From an uncultured Gammaproteobacteria bacterium (GTDB lineage: Bacteria; Patescibacteriota; Patescibacteriia; UBA1558; 2-01-FULL-52-15), in assembly GCA_964517065.1 (NCBI GenBank), contig CAZFBK010000001.1, positions 41,734-105,733 on the forward strand: a stretch of 64,000 nt of DNA. The letters run 5' to 3'. Of this stretch, positions 27,632-39,321 are shown in pieces (the stretch's first letter is position 1; each line of letters opens with the position of its first letter). The notes beneath the pieces were generated by a model. That model made no database searches, was not told where the DNA came from, and saw only the letters and a list, made by a program, of their open reading frames with translations. A program made the translations under genes and the position numbers.

Positions 27632-30118
27632 TTATGTAGCTTTCGTAGGTCTAACCTGGGGTTTCTTTGGAAGTTTCGGCGGTGTCTTGCCACCAGCATG
27701 GAAAACCGAAGCACCGGCTTCTGCGTAATACTGATTTCTTTCTATCTGAGCGTTATCATACGCCTCAGCTAGATTTGAAATCGTTTCCCATTCCTTCTCC
27801 ATCGTGGCTAAATTTTTGTCACCGCTTGCATTGACACGGGCATCGGCGAAAGTATCAGCTTCCATTATCTGCTTAACCACACGTGGATCAGCCGCTTTGG
27901 CGTGTTTGATGAGTATTTCCCTTTGTGTCACGTTGCCCATCTCACCAGCACCTTTTATCTGAGTGTGACTTAACTCTGGAGCGATAACCTTTAGTTGCTC
28001 TGGGTCTAACCTGACAATTTGTTCAGCTTTCAAAATACCGACAGTGTTCTTAACCGCAGGGTCCTTAGGGTTTGCAGCTAAGAGCGTCTGAGCCTGTTTT
28101 ACAAACTCATCAGCATCTAATCTCGCCATTATACCCAATGACTTCTCATTATTATGATAGGTTTTAGCATATGCCTTGGAAAACGTCTTTTGAGCTTCTT
28201 TTGTTTGTCTCTTAATACCTTTTTCTATATCATCACTCGAACCACCTGCTGCACTGAACCCATCCAAAATAGACTTCCTCATTGTATCTGGTAATTTCTC
28301 AAAGGAATCCGCGTGAATACCTGCAATCAGTTTATCCGCTTCCCCCTTAGCTACTGACGCCACAGCGATTTCATTTCGGGTCTTCTCATTACTAATACGA
28401 CTCCAATTCTGTTGTTCGAAGTTCTCCAAATCTTTCTCCATAGTTTGACCTCCCGCTTTCAGAGCCTCATGAGCAGCATCAACATATTGTTCATTTTTCC
28501 CATTCTTGAATTCGCCGTCAGATACGAGATTAGCCACAGCCGCAGCCGCCCCATTGCGATCCACATCATGTATAGCATTTAGTCTCGTCTGCACCGGATC
28601 ATATTTCATAGCTTTACGCTTAGCCTCAATATCCTGGGCCTTCAGAGTGGAATCCATACGAGCAAACTCTCGAGCAGCCCGATGAGCTGGATTCAGCGCC
28701 GCACCACCCATGACTTGGATTGTACCCTTAGCCACAGTCCTCGTCACATCACCAGCAAAACGTCCAACCTTTTCACCTGCTACTGAGCTCACTCCTCTCT
28801 GAACATTACTGGCCAGTCTACCGGTAACCATATTCGTCAACTGATTACCCCTATCAAGCAGATTTGCTGCCCCACCGATCGGCATAGCAGCCAGTGACCG
28901 AGCTGTACCAACGAGTCCGCCAGCGCCTGAGCGACCCACCAAAACCGACTTACCGATACCGGTCAGCTTACCAGAAGCTTTCTTGGAAATACCAGCACCG
29001 ACAGTACCAAGCTTGCCCGCCATCATCAGAGAACCAAACAGTAAAGAAATAGCCACAAAGAAACGAATCAGACTTTTGGCCGCTGAAGTATTCGAAGCGC
29101 TTGATGGAGCGTTGGTCGTGCTGTCTGTCACTACACTGACAGATGAAGAGCTGCTATCGGTGGCACGGTCACTGATCGTTCCAGAGAGCACTCCCGGTCC
29201 GCCTTCATTCACCACCGCGAAGCTCAACCAGAGGAAAAAAGCCAAGGTCGGTCCGAGAACGAGGTATTTCGATAAATTATCCCACCACTCCAGATAATAT
29301 TTGCTGGCTGTCGGTAAGGTACTGCAAAGGAAGGCTACTGGAGACAGGATGATGATAAAGACAAACATGATGATACGCATCAGGAAGAGGAAGGTAATGA
29401 CACTGACCACTACTAAGGTGACGAGAAGCATGATCCCACCGAGACCAATCTGAAGCAGAACCGTCAAAATATTGGCCTGAGGGAAATCAGAGCCCTGCCA
29501 CAGCGTCATCCAACCGGTCAATCCTAATAATTTCGGGAAGCCTCCCTGGATAGCATCGAGGAAGGCATTGACGAAGGTCAGCGTCACCGCCTGAGAAAGA
29601 TCAATGAAGAATAAGGTAATTGTTTTGCTGAAATTAATCAAAATAGCCATCAGGATCAAACGACGAAGATTCTGCTGATAGCCATACCGACCACTTTTCA
29701 CAATCGTACCGACCGCCACTACTACCAGGATGAGGATGAAGAACATATTACTGAGATCACGCAAAACCGTCCAACCTTTGGTGACGATAGCCTCATCACC
29801 AAAACCCTGATAACTCAAGACCCATACCATGACATTCGTCACGAGGGCGAGGATCCAACCCGGAATATAGATAAAGGCTAAATAAAATATGAATGCTAAT
29901 CCCTTTGCTACAAATGATAATGGACCAGCGCCGTCTTGTACCGCAGTGGCGGTCGCACTACCGACTGGAGCACCGGTATCCACATCCTGAGCCCACACCA
30001 CCCGCACAAAAACTAATCCAACGAGACAGATAAATAAACCTAAGCCCAACCAGTACTTACTTGTTGGCTTTTGTGTCCAGGTACGGATAGCGTGGAATGT
30101 TGCAGTGAAAAATTTCAT
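27632..30118 (-). CDS. VirB6/TrbL-like polytopic T4SS membrane protein with C-terminal extension
   Basis: GW..LRDLSNMFFI, LINFSK.I..F.ID, R.....IILSPVAF, EWW; Gly-rich linker. Confidence 0.8.
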   Translation of the reverse strand: MKFFTATFHAIRTWTQKPTSKYWLGLGLFICLVGLVFVRVVWAQDVDTGAPVGSATATAVQDGAGPLSFVAKGLAFIFYLAFIYIPGWILALVTNVMVWVLSYQGFGDEAIVTKGWTVLRDLSNMFFILILVVVAVGTIVKSGRYGYQQNLRRLILMAILINFSKTITLFFIDLSQAVTLTFVNAFLDAIQGGFPKLLGLTGWMTLWQGSDFPQANILTVLLQIGLGGIMLLVTLVVVSVITFLFLMRIIMFVFIIILSPVAFLCSTLPTASKYYLEWWDNLSKYLVLGPTLAFFLWLSFAVVNEGGPGVLSGTISDRATDSSSSSVSVVTDSTTNAPSSASNTSAAKSLIRFFVAISLLFGSLMMAGKLGTVGAGISKKASGKLTGIGKSVLVGRSGAGGLVGTARSLAAMPIGGAANLLDRGNQLTNMVTGRLASNVQRGVSSVAGEKVGRFAGDVTRTVAKGTIQVMGGAALNPAHRAAREFARMDSTLKAQDIEAKRKAMKYDPVQTRLNAIHDVDRNGAAAAVANLVSDGEFKNGKNEQYVDAAHEALKAGGQTMEKDLENFEQQNWSRISNEKTRNEIAVASVAKGEADKLIAGIHADSFEKLPDTMRKSILDGFSAAGGSSDDIEKGIKRQTKEAQKTFSKAYAKTYHNNEKSLGIMARLDADEFVKQAQTLLAANPKDPAVKNTVGILKAEQIVRLDPEQLKVIAPELSHTQIKGAGEMGNVTQREILIKHAKAADPRVVKQIMEADTFADARVNASGDKNLATMEKEWETISNLAEAYDNAQIERNQYYAEAGASVFHAGGKTPPKLPKKPQVRPTKAT

Positions 30119-33100
30119 TAGTTTGTCGGTGCTTTAATTTTGATAACATCGTCACTTCCTCCGCCACCATAGACTACATCTGCCGAGCCAGAGCAACCGC
30201 TACCTACCGCGCTCCAGAGATTATTAGCACACCAGCCCCAATTGTCTTGAATACTAACTCTCGGTTTGAAGCAAGCATAGCCAGCCTCACAACCAGCGGT
30301 ATAGTTCGAATCATAATGATAGACATGGAAGTAGTTGCGAATACCTTCTTCACAGGCTTGTGGTGTACCGGCGAAATCCAGAGTACTGCCGTTGCCCCAG
30401 GTATAGTTGAAAGCTAATGGTTGGAAATTCGAAATTGTACTAGTGGTCAAAGCTAAGGCAGGATCGCACTGGGGCCAGTTATTCTTATACAATCCAATGT
30501 TACTCTGCACCGAGCCATCACCCCAATCAATCTTGATACTACGGATCGGCATATGATCTTTGTAGGCCATGGCGAAGAAACTAATATTGGCTAACAAATT
30601 TGGCTTCTTATCTTCTGTGATCGTGCCGTTGGTCTGTCCATTGACGGTGAAATTACCAACTTTGCCGAGTGTACACTGACCGGAGTCAGAAGCACAAATG
30701 GCTTCAGCGATGATAGGACCGAAGTTAGTATCAGCATAATATTTGGAATCGTGTGATTGCGTGCCCTGCGCTGAAGATGATGGCATAGTAGCATCCAATG
30801 GTAAAGCCTTCGAGGCCACAGCATTCGCACTTCCATAATCACAGTTTGGGTCAGTGTCTGGATTACATAATTTCTTATACGTGTCTGGTTGGAAGGTACA
30901 ATACGGCTGACCTTCACATGTCTGTCCATTCAGACAGTCAGCATCGATAGAACAGGTTGTTTTCGAAATGGAGCAACGTTTATCTGCATAAGTTGTAACT
31001 TGACTTGCAAGCTTACATTTAGCATCTGGAGCCTGACAAATTTGATTTCCGCTATTATCAGTCTTATAACCATCGAGCTTCTGTCCCAGTGCATTGGTAG
31101 TGTCATCGTAGCAATCCTGAGGGTTTTTGAACCAACGATTAGCGGCATTCTCATCAAAAGCAGGGCCGACACAAAGATGCGCATTCGCTGGGGCACAGAA
31201 GGTCGCTTTATTCAAAGTTGGTATTTTAGAAGTACAATCACTCACCGTACTACATTCTATTACTGTCCAACCATTACCACCAAGCACTGTGTCATGACAC
31301 AAATCTTTACCACGACCATTGTCAGCGCACTCCATGTGAGCTGTCGAAGCTTGACAGACAGTTGTTGAGCTTGGGGGCACATAAGCACAAGTGTAACGAT
31401 TGTTCTCAACTACCGAGCAATCCTTTTGTGCCACCACTGTTCTATTAGATTCGGTCATATAGGGTGTACAGGCTGACAAACAGGACAATTCGTTAGAGAA
31501 CGTCGCTTCGCATTGACCATTCGAATTAGCAATAAATCCCGAGGCACAGGTGATGCCACATGATCTATTACCCCAGGGTGAATTAATACAATTTGAAACT
31601 GCAGTACATTTATTTTCTTCCTTCGATATAACACAGGCACTATCATTAGAACAATTCTCTCCGCCGTATAATTTACTATCACAAACACTATAGACACAGG
31701 TGTTACCGAGTGTATAACGATAAACCCCGAAAACTCGCTGGAATATTGAACGTAAGTTTATGATACCGTCGGCGTAGGTCTGGTATGGTTGATCCACCTT
31801 ACCAAACTTCCCTGGCGTCATCCACCCATCAACATAAACCCGACTACCCTTCTGACCTAATAACCCGCAAATACCGTCATCGTTTGCACAGACATAGGGA
31901 CTACCCGCTCGCGGTACGGTTCCGATCGATTTCAAATCTAAACGAGGGAAATCAGAGGGTTCAAGGCCAGATGATGGTACAGCTGAGCCAAAAGGAGCTG
32001 CGTCTTGATTTAAAGTGTAATTTGGAGCGCCGCTTGTTCGGGGGTCAGAACTAATTTTATAAGTATCGCCGTTAGCCAATTTGAAATCACTCCAGAAAAG
32101 ATTCGTAATAGCAGCATTGTCACCCCGAGGAGTTACAGCTTGAGCCAGATAGCTACAAGCGGCATACGGCTCAGAATCACCAAAGAATGTTCGACCAAGC
32201 AGTTGCGAGTGATTATTAGCGTCAGTGTATTGAATACGTAATGTTTCACGATCATAATCAGCCTCACACTGGTCTGTTAGTCTATATCGATTACCGTCGA
32301 ACCCATCTTTGACATCGACGATATTACCAACACAATTATCGACTGTTCGCCAACCGCTGCCGTCATTAATTTGAGAAATTGGTAACACAGCAACCGGATG
32401 GTCAATGCCACTGAATATGCCTCCTCCGCAGTTCTGACCTAGCTCATATGCAAAATACTTACCGTCAATTACACGACGTTGATCCTTCAGGCCGGCCCCA
32501 TGAACAGTTGGATCTTCTGTTGAGTTACTATCTAATGCTTGCCCATTTGCATCCACTTTAATGAAAGTTCCCGGTTTTTCAATATCCGAAGCACTATCAA
32601 GACAATCAATTGTAAACTTTCGACGAATTTCTTTGACACCTACTTCAGCACAATAATAGGCCGGAGCTTTATAGGAATAACCTGCTTCACGGTATTGATT
32701 AAAGTAATCTGTACCTCCCGGTGCGATATCGACTGGCAACCAAGACAAACAAGCGTACTGTGTCGGAGAAGCATTGATATGGGTACTGGTATCTGGCTCC
32801 AGACAATATCCCGGCCAGTTCAGATAAACATCGCTACGTCGCAGTTGAATAGGGTTACCGCCCGGACATTGGGTATCAATCGAGGTGGTATTAGTTTTGT
32901 CATTAACATTCTCAACTGTTTTGCAGGCAGAACCATCCAAACTTCCGCCGTCGCAAATACAGGTCGGTACTTCGGTACCGCCCAGAGGACCATTGATAGA
33001 ATAATATCTGACAGCTGATGTTCCTCCATACTGCATTTTGTAATACCCTGTCTCACAGGAAGCGACGGAGCTGTCGCAGATGTTGGCCTGCTGAAATCCA

Positions 33101-36100
33101 AAAGTAACTTTCCTGGTGGAGCTCTGTGCCCCACTGGACAAGCTCTGGGGGAAAGGGGCATCTTGCTCAGCATAAGCGCGGGTAGAAACTTTCAGCACGA
33201 ACGGTGAGATCGGATCAAACCTACTACCGTCAATACCGACAGCACATTCGGCCTTATCATTATGATTGAAGACTCTACCGATATCTCCGGGGCCGCATTT
33301 GGCATAGCCGGTGTCTCCATACTGACTGCCTGAGCCATTCGGATCTGTACAAGCACCAGTACTACTGACACAGTCAACGAACTTGACTAGGCGATAGTCA
33401 GGCTTGAGAGGATCCGGTCCGTCTTTTTTGGCATTGATACTGATATCCAATAAATGCATATTATCTACCGGGTAGCGATTGTACATCGACATACCAGAAT
33501 AATCAGTTGCCTGATAGCGGGTATCGCGAGTGACATAGCTAGCATAATCCAGCTTGGTCTGACTCTCCGGTAGCCAGTTGGCACAATTCAGTAGATCGCC
33601 GCTGGTACTATACTTATCGCATAGTCCAACTTCTGAGCAAATCTGTCGGTAGCCTTTGGTCTGCGGGTCAAAGATCTGGGAGCTACTCTTGCAAGCCAGC
33701 CACTGTGAACATTCACGATCACGATTAACTTTGATCACCCTGTTTGCATCATTGGTACAATCATGGAGTTGCTGATCCGAGGAGCTCTGATCACAGACAA
33801 CAGGACTGACAGGCTTACCGCCGGCCTTATCGCTAGCCAGATAGGTCAGGTAGCTGTTGTACGTTTTGTTGCTGTCATTGACATCGTCAAACAAGATACA
33901 GCCATTATTTTTACTGACCTGACCATTGCAGGTACTGTCATCGATATTGTCATTATTGAGGTAGAAATAAGATTTGACCTTTCGCAGACTGACATTCGAG
34001 AACTCTACCTTCGAGGCGCCACCGCAGGTACCACCACTGCAGGCGGTCAAGACAGGATTACAAGACTGACCACTATTGGTACAGGCCGTATTGAAACAGT
34101 TAGGATTGTTCTCGTTATTCGCACCGGCTGGACAGCCAGTATTTGACTGCTGATAATAACCACTGGAGACACGGAAGGTTGGCTCGCAGTAGATCAGCTC
34201 ATCCCCTTGTGAATCAGAGCCAATGTTCGCCACGACGTTCAGACTTTGAATACCGTCTCGCTTCTTGATATCGGCCCCGACATAGTACTCTGTCAGATGA
34301 TCACGACGATTGTTTTGTGAATCGGTTGATTGGTAGCCAAAGTTCGTTTCGCAGGTATAGCCGGCTCCCAGTGAGGAACAACGACTGTTATTGGTACAAG
34401 CTACATTGGTTTTATCAGTATTGCTCTGACAGTAGCCTTGCGCTGCTTTGTAACAGAAGTTATTACCGCCACCACACTGGTCACTAGTAGTACAAGGCTT
34501 GGTATAGTCTACTGTTACATCAAAGCCAGTGCCAACGATACCGCAATAATCCTGATCATAGGGACTATCCCAGACACAGCGCATCACAGCCTGTACAGCA
34601 CCACCGGATTTGTCATCGGCGAAAAAATTATCTATCCTGACGTCCGCACTGAGATTGTAGGTCTCAGTATTCTGCATCTTCAGATTGGTCTGCGGATCCT
34701 GAGTGAACAGTCTCTGGAAAAACAATCCCGTGCCCGTTGGATTGGTAGTAATAGTGGCAGTACCCCCATTGGCATTGAAGGTGGCAGCACTGTTCAACGT
34801 GTTTCCATAAGCACTCCAACTAGCCCAACCGGCGACACCGTTAGCAAAGGTGGCATTGGCAAAAAGATTCTCCCCGTCAGTAGCCTGCGTATCCACGAAT
34901 TCTGAACATTGATTCTGACTAGCAGGGCAGGTGCCGACCCAACCGCCGTAGAGTGGGTCTGCCGTCGGATGAATTACAAACTGATCTTCGGTGAATGGAG
35001 GGATACCTTGGGAATAACAACCAATCGGTGTCTGACCCGGTAGCAGACTCTCAGTCTGGAACCAGCCATTGAAAGACACCCCCTGAATACTGACGCCTTC
35101 TTTATAGGTACAGGTACGATTGTAGGGATCACGGTAGAAGGCCGATTGACCGCTGGCATCAGAATATTCTTGGCAGAACAATCCAGAATCCTGACATAAC
35201 TGCTGATCATAGCGATCAGGATCATTGATTTGGAAGACAGGGGTATATGATCTCACATAGTCTGGATCAGTCTCTGGTAGATCACGGTTAAAGGTCGGCC
35301 TACCCATCAGGGTACAGCCTTGATAGCTAGCTGAGCAGGATTTCTTCTGATCTATGACAACGTACTCCAACGCATCTGCCGGTACGGTGATCTGAGATTT
35401 GTCACCAGCATGATACATCTGCTGATAGGGAGAATTAGAGTTCTGGGTATTGACCACAGCCTGACAACCGACTGCCTCCTGACGACAAATCTGTGAGAAC
35501 GTACGGAGCGTCACGGTAGAATTATTCGGTCCTTTATACTCCTGACATCCCAGATTGGCTCCGACGAACGGTTGGTCACAGCTGGCAGGTGTGCTCCAAC
35601 TATTAGCCACCACAGTGAGGTTGCTGACCGATTCTTTCAAAATAATATTATCGACAAACACCTTCGGGCTGGCTTCCAGCTGCAACAACACCGCGTCGCT
35701 GGCCATAACTTCATCAACTTGAAGCGGTCCAAGCTGATATGGCTGCCAGCCAGTCGTCGGCTGGATCGGACTGACATTGGCAGCAGTGAATTCGCAGACG
35801 CCACCGTTACATTTGGTCTGACTGCCGTCAAACTTACCGAGGAAAGCTTTGAACTCTGTACCGGCTGTCTCAGCTTTGAGCCAGAAGCTAAGATAATATT
35901 CTCGTCCCGGAACTATTGAAGTGCCTTCGGAACGACTGACAACACCGGAAGTCCAGGACATGGAATGTCCGCCGGAATTGGTTGATTCAGCTGAGTATAT
36001 AGGAGTAACTGTTCCAGCCTGCCACGGTTGATATGAACCAGACTCAAAGGTGTCATTACTGACCTGACGCAGATTGTTGCCTTGGTTACCGCGGAATTCG

Positions 36101-39100
36101 GTACAACCGACGGCAGCTGCCGAGCAGGTTCGGCTTTCTTTATCCAGACCACTATACACTACTCCGCTACTACGGCGTAATGGATGACAGTTGCTATCAG
36201 CGAAAATAACTTTATCCTGCAAACGGAATTTGGAAACACCATCAGTGTCGAAGAATTCACGACAGTTTGGATCGGTACTGACATCGCCAGCCTGACAAGT
36301 CGCCTGTGTCGCTGCTGTGTCCTGACAGGTGGTGCCGCCGGGTGCCACGTTGGTACACGGACCGCCGTCAAGATTGCTCTTCAGTACCTGCCAGGTGCGG
36401 ACTTGGAAACCACTGGTATCACTACCTTCGAGTGTATAATAAGTAATACCAAAATTAGCAGCTACACACTGACGCAAGAAGCTATAGTAATGTTTACCCT
36501 CGCCACCAGCAGCTACTTCGTCCAAATTAGTGAAAGCACTACAACCAATATCAGTGGCGTTACATTGTTTGGCGCTACTAGCAATAAAGTTTACATTAGT
36601 CGAAGCTGCCGTTGGCTGCTCCATGGTTTCAAAAGCAGTTGGTAACTGTATATAGGTCTGATAGCCGACACATTCGGCGGGACAACGATCAGCATTCGTC
36701 ACGACACCCGGCACAGTAGGGCCGCCATTTGTTGGGCTGTACAGATTACAGCCAACTTCTTCAGCTTTGCAGCTGAAACGAGTACCATTGAGATACACTT
36801 TGCCTGCGCTACCATAATCATTGTAATTCGATGGGCTTGATCCCGGCTCAACTTTGACACCATCGATGTAGAGAGCTCCACAGCCAGCCAGTGATCCGAG
36901 GAAGACGGTCAACTGTTGATCAGGATTATCGAGATCAAAAGTATGCGTCAACTGAAAGCGTTGCCAATCGCCGGTATAATTCACCTGAGCACTGACTGCT
37001 GAGGTACTCTGAGAACCAAGTGCTGCATTCGCAGTACAGGCTGTCGTAACCTTACCATACCAAGAGAGCGTATAAGTGGCGCCAACCAGACGACCAGCGA
37101 CTGCCGTAGCAGATAGCTGTCCATCACCAACAAGCTTAATCGCCGAAGATCCAATATAGGAGTTATCCCCTGCAACGGTATAGGCATTAAAGTTTGTACC
37201 ATTAGCCGTCCAACCGCTGAAGCTGTCAGGCAACGTATCATTGATATAGTCACCGTTGGTTTTGTCGGTATCAATATTCAGCTGATAAGTATCAAAATTA
37301 CCGTTGGCCAAGAGATTGATACCGCCTGTCTGCGGATTGATAAACTCCTGACAGCCGGCATCCTGCTGGGAACAACTGGTTACTTTGTTATTGAGATAAA
37401 TACGGTCATTAGGATTCCACTGGTAATTTGGGTTAGCAGCTGTACCGGTATTTTCCTGATTGAGACTGTACCATGAGCAACCTGCCTGTCCGGCGTCGCA
37501 AGATTCCAAAGTATTCTGCAGATAGCTGTATTTGGCGCCATTATCACGACGAGTGAAAACCTGACAGGATGAATACTGCTCCTGACAGGACTCACCGCTG
37601 AAGCGCCAGATATTACGCTCTTGGGTACAATAGCCATATCCCCCAACGCAATTACCTTTGCTATCTTGTGCCAGACACGAAGGACGATCGACACAGACTT
37701 GCTGACGTTGATTACTAGTGACATCTTCCAATGTCGGACCGTATACCAGAGCTTTGCATTGGGTGGATGGCGCTGTCAGTACCCAATTTGGATCAATCAA
37801 ATGATAGAAAATATTAGCAACTGGGTCGAGGATACATTTCGGTCCATTATCGAAACAGTTCACGACCTCACCGAGTGTCACCGGCCGAGAGACAGGACTG
37901 AGGGCAGCAGCAATCTCCCAACCGAGTGGTAAGATACGATAACTACGCAGACGGGCAATATTTCCATAACAATAGCCATTTTGGAAACAGCTCTTATCTC
38001 CATTCTGTGAAGCGTTGAGATAGGATATCAATGGACGATCGGCTTGCAGATGTCCCTGAGCCAGAGCCTGAGCAACTGTTTCTTTATTATTAATGGCCGC
38101 CAAAAAGGTATTATCAATTGTACAATTATCCGGCTGAGCCAGTTTGCGATCTGGCGGACAGGCGGTCAAATTTTGCAAATAATCGAATTCGTCAATTTGC
38201 TCCACGTTGACTGTTTTCAAATCAGCGAAAAGCTCAGAGGCGGAGCCGAAGCGACGTAAATCAACTTTATTACGCAACTGGTTGATCAAAGAATCGCGTA
38301 GATTGGTCGTTCCGCCACCGTAGAGGTTTGATAATGACCAACTACCACTAATATATTTATTTAATAACTTAGCCGTTAATGATCTCGAAAATAACTTGGC
38401 GGCATTGATAAAGACGTCTTCTGTTTTGATCAATGAAGCTTCTAATAAAGCATCTCGATAGGCGTTCTCATCGATACCCATGACCTTCGCGCAGTGGACC
38501 AAAACATCATCAGAGATCTTAGCTCCTTTATCTTTGTATCCTTTGCAGGTCTGCTCGCTAATCTTGGCTACATCCGCTGCTAATTGAGCTCGTCGGTCAG
38601 CCTCACCGGTCAACTGCAAAAAAATCCCCAGATCATTTTGGTTCGGATCCACCAGCATACCGAGCAGACCTGTTCGCTGATTGGTCGACAAACCAACCAT
38701 AGCCTGTGCTAGCCATTGTCCTGAATCAAGTGACTGACCAAATTTTTTCCAATTTTCTTTAATCTGATTCAGTTCACATTTTGGCGGTTTCGGTGCCTGA
38801 CCGCCAATGTCAGAGATCACTCCTAAGGTGATATTCACCTGAGTATCAAGTGACGGAGCGCAGAGGTTCAAACCTGATCCTTTGAAAAAATCTTCTGACA
38901 AATTACCAATGAAATCACCGTAAGCAGCATCCCGTGAATCGTTCAGAACGCGCGCAAATTCTTTGGTTCTGACCAAAGGCTTCAGACCCACCCCTCCCTG
39001 AGCAATGAAGGTGGCAGTGTTATAAGCTAGATTATTTAGATACGTTTGCAAGGTAGTCTGAAACAGACTCTGGCCAATGATTTTATAATTACGCTCAAAA

Positions 39101-39318
39101 ATTGCAGAAATTTTATCAAACAGAACTTGCATCCGGTCTTGAGTCGGTATACCGCCAGGAGCCGAAGCGCCCAATGCTCCAAGAGCTCCGGATAGATTCG
39201 TGCCAGAATCTAAGGGAGGTGGAAGTCCCACCTGAGCTAAGGCCGGCGAGTAACTTAAGCCAACTAGAAAAAAACTGAGAATGAATACTAGGCTAGTAAA
39301 CTTAGAAAATAATTTCAC
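30118..39318 (-). CDS. Giant (3066 aa) secreted Cys-rich protein with CBM-like and disulfide-rich repeats
   Basis: Signal peptide; recurring C....VGC..(Y/F) units; NLLANGNFD and NLFANATF CBM-like starts; C-terminal IDWGDG; TAATG coupling to the VirB6-like gene. Confidence 0.85.
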   Translation of the reverse strand: MKLFSKFTSLVFILSFFLVGLSYSPALAQVGLPPPLDSGTNLSGALGALGASAPGGIPTQDRMQVLFDKISAIFERNYKIIGQSLFQTTLQTYLNNLAYNTATFIAQGGVGLKPLVRTKEFARVLNDSRDAAYGDFIGNLSEDFFKGSGLNLCAPSLDTQVNITLGVISDIGGQAPKPPKCELNQIKENWKKFGQSLDSGQWLAQAMVGLSTNQRTGLLGMLVDPNQNDLGIFLQLTGEADRRAQLAADVAKISEQTCKGYKDKGAKISDDVLVHCAKVMGIDENAYRDALLEASLIKTEDVFINAAKLFSRSLTAKLLNKYISGSWSLSNLYGGGTTNLRDSLINQLRNKVDLRRFGSASELFADLKTVNVEQIDEFDYLQNLTACPPDRKLAQPDNCTIDNTFLAAINNKETVAQALAQGHLQADRPLISYLNASQNGDKSCFQNGYCYGNIARLRSYRILPLGWEIAAALSPVSRPVTLGEVVNCFDNGPKCILDPVANIFYHLIDPNWVLTAPSTQCKALVYGPTLEDVTSNQRQQVCVDRPSCLAQDSKGNCVGGYGYCTQERNIWRFSGESCQEQYSSCQVFTRRDNGAKYSYLQNTLESCDAGQAGCSWYSLNQENTGTAANPNYQWNPNDRIYLNNKVTSCSQQDAGCQEFINPQTGGINLLANGNFDTYQLNIDTDKTNGDYINDTLPDSFSGWTANGTNFNAYTVAGDNSYIGSSAIKLVGDGQLSATAVAGRLVGATYTLSWYGKVTTACTANAALGSQSTSAVSAQVNYTGDWQRFQLTHTFDLDNPDQQLTVFLGSLAGCGALYIDGVKVEPGSSPSNYNDYGSAGKVYLNGTRFSCKAEEVGCNLYSPTNGGPTVPGVVTNADRCPAECVGYQTYIQLPTAFETMEQPTAASTNVNFIASSAKQCNATDIGCSAFTNLDEVAAGGEGKHYYSFLRQCVAANFGITYYTLEGSDTSGFQVRTWQVLKSNLDGGPCTNVAPGGTTCQDTAATQATCQAGDVSTDPNCREFFDTDGVSKFRLQDKVIFADSNCHPLRRSSGVVYSGLDKESRTCSAAAVGCTEFRGNQGNNLRQVSNDTFESGSYQPWQAGTVTPIYSAESTNSGGHSMSWTSGVVSRSEGTSIVPGREYYLSFWLKAETAGTEFKAFLGKFDGSQTKCNGGVCEFTAANVSPIQPTTGWQPYQLGPLQVDEVMASDAVLLQLEASPKVFVDNIILKESVSNLTVVANSWSTPASCDQPFVGANLGCQEYKGPNNSTVTLRTFSQICRQEAVGCQAVVNTQNSNSPYQQMYHAGDKSQITVPADALEYVVIDQKKSCSASYQGCTLMGRPTFNRDLPETDPDYVRSYTPVFQINDPDRYDQQLCQDSGLFCQEYSDASGQSAFYRDPYNRTCTYKEGVSIQGVSFNGWFQTESLLPGQTPIGCYSQGIPPFTEDQFVIHPTADPLYGGWVGTCPASQNQCSEFVDTQATDGENLFANATFANGVAGWASWSAYGNTLNSAATFNANGGTATITTNPTGTGLFFQRLFTQDPQTNLKMQNTETYNLSADVRIDNFFADDKSGGAVQAVMRCVWDSPYDQDYCGIVGTGFDVTVDYTKPCTTSDQCGGGNNFCYKAAQGYCQSNTDKTNVACTNNSRCSSLGAGYTCETNFGYQSTDSQNNRRDHLTEYYVGADIKKRDGIQSLNVVANIGSDSQGDELIYCEPTFRVSSGYYQQSNTGCPAGANNENNPNCFNTACTNSGQSCNPVLTACSGGTCGGASKVEFSNVSLRKVKSYFYLNNDNIDDSTCNGQVSKNNGCILFDDVNDSNKTYNSYLTYLASDKAGGKPVSPVVCDQSSSDQQLHDCTNDANRVIKVNRDRECSQWLACKSSSQIFDPQTKGYRQICSEVGLCDKYSTSGDLLNCANWLPESQTKLDYASYVTRDTRYQATDYSGMSMYNRYPVDNMHLLDISINAKKDGPDPLKPDYRLVKFVDCVSSTGACTDPNGSGSQYGDTGYAKCGPGDIGRVFNHNDKAECAVGIDGSRFDPISPFVLKVSTRAYAEQDAPFPQSLSSGAQSSTRKVTFGFQQANICDSSVASCETGYYKMQYGGTSAVRYYSINGPLGGTEVPTCICDGGSLDGSACKTVENVNDKTNTTSIDTQCPGGNPIQLRRSDVYLNWPGYCLEPDTSTHINASPTQYACLSWLPVDIAPGGTDYFNQYREAGYSYKAPAYYCAEVGVKEIRRKFTIDCLDSASDIEKPGTFIKVDANGQALDSNSTEDPTVHGAGLKDQRRVIDGKYFAYELGQNCGGGIFSGIDHPVAVLPISQINDGSGWRTVDNCVGNIVDVKDGFDGNRYRLTDQCEADYDRETLRIQYTDANNHSQLLGRTFFGDSEPYAACSYLAQAVTPRGDNAAITNLFWSDFKLANGDTYKISSDPRTSGAPNYTLNQDAAPFGSAVPSSGLEPSDFPRLDLKSIGTVPRAGSPYVCANDDGICGLLGQKGSRVYVDGWMTPGKFGKVDQPYQTYADGIINLRSIFQRVFGVYRYTLGNTCVYSVCDSKLYGGENCSNDSACVISKEENKCTAVSNCINSPWGNRSCGITCASGFIANSNGQCEATFSNELSCLSACTPYMTESNRTVVAQKDCSVVENNRYTCAYVPPSSTTVCQASTAHMECADNGRGKDLCHDTVLGGNGWTVIECSTVSDCTSKIPTLNKATFCAPANAHLCVGPAFDENAANRWFKNPQDCYDDTTNALGQKLDGYKTDNSGNQICQAPDAKCKLASQVTTYADKRCSISKTTCSIDADCLNGQTCEGQPYCTFQPDTYKKLCNPDTDPNCDYGSANAVASKALPLDATMPSSSAQGTQSHDSKYYADTNFGPIIAEAICASDSGQCTLGKVGNFTVNGQTNGTITEDKKPNLLANISFFAMAYKDHMPIRSIKIDWGDGSVQSNIGLYKNNWPQCDPALALTTSTISNFQPLAFNYTWGNGSTLDFAGTPQACEEGIRNYFHVYHYDSNYTAGCEAGYACFKPRVSIQDNWGWCANNLWSAVGSGCSGSADVVYGGGGSDDVIKIKAPTN

Positions 39319-39321
39319 AAC

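Noticed and set aside
30591-38259. Many short ORFs overlapping the giant gene (and similar ones across the window)
   Set aside because: Antisense or alternate-frame shadows of long genes with no motifs or start signals.
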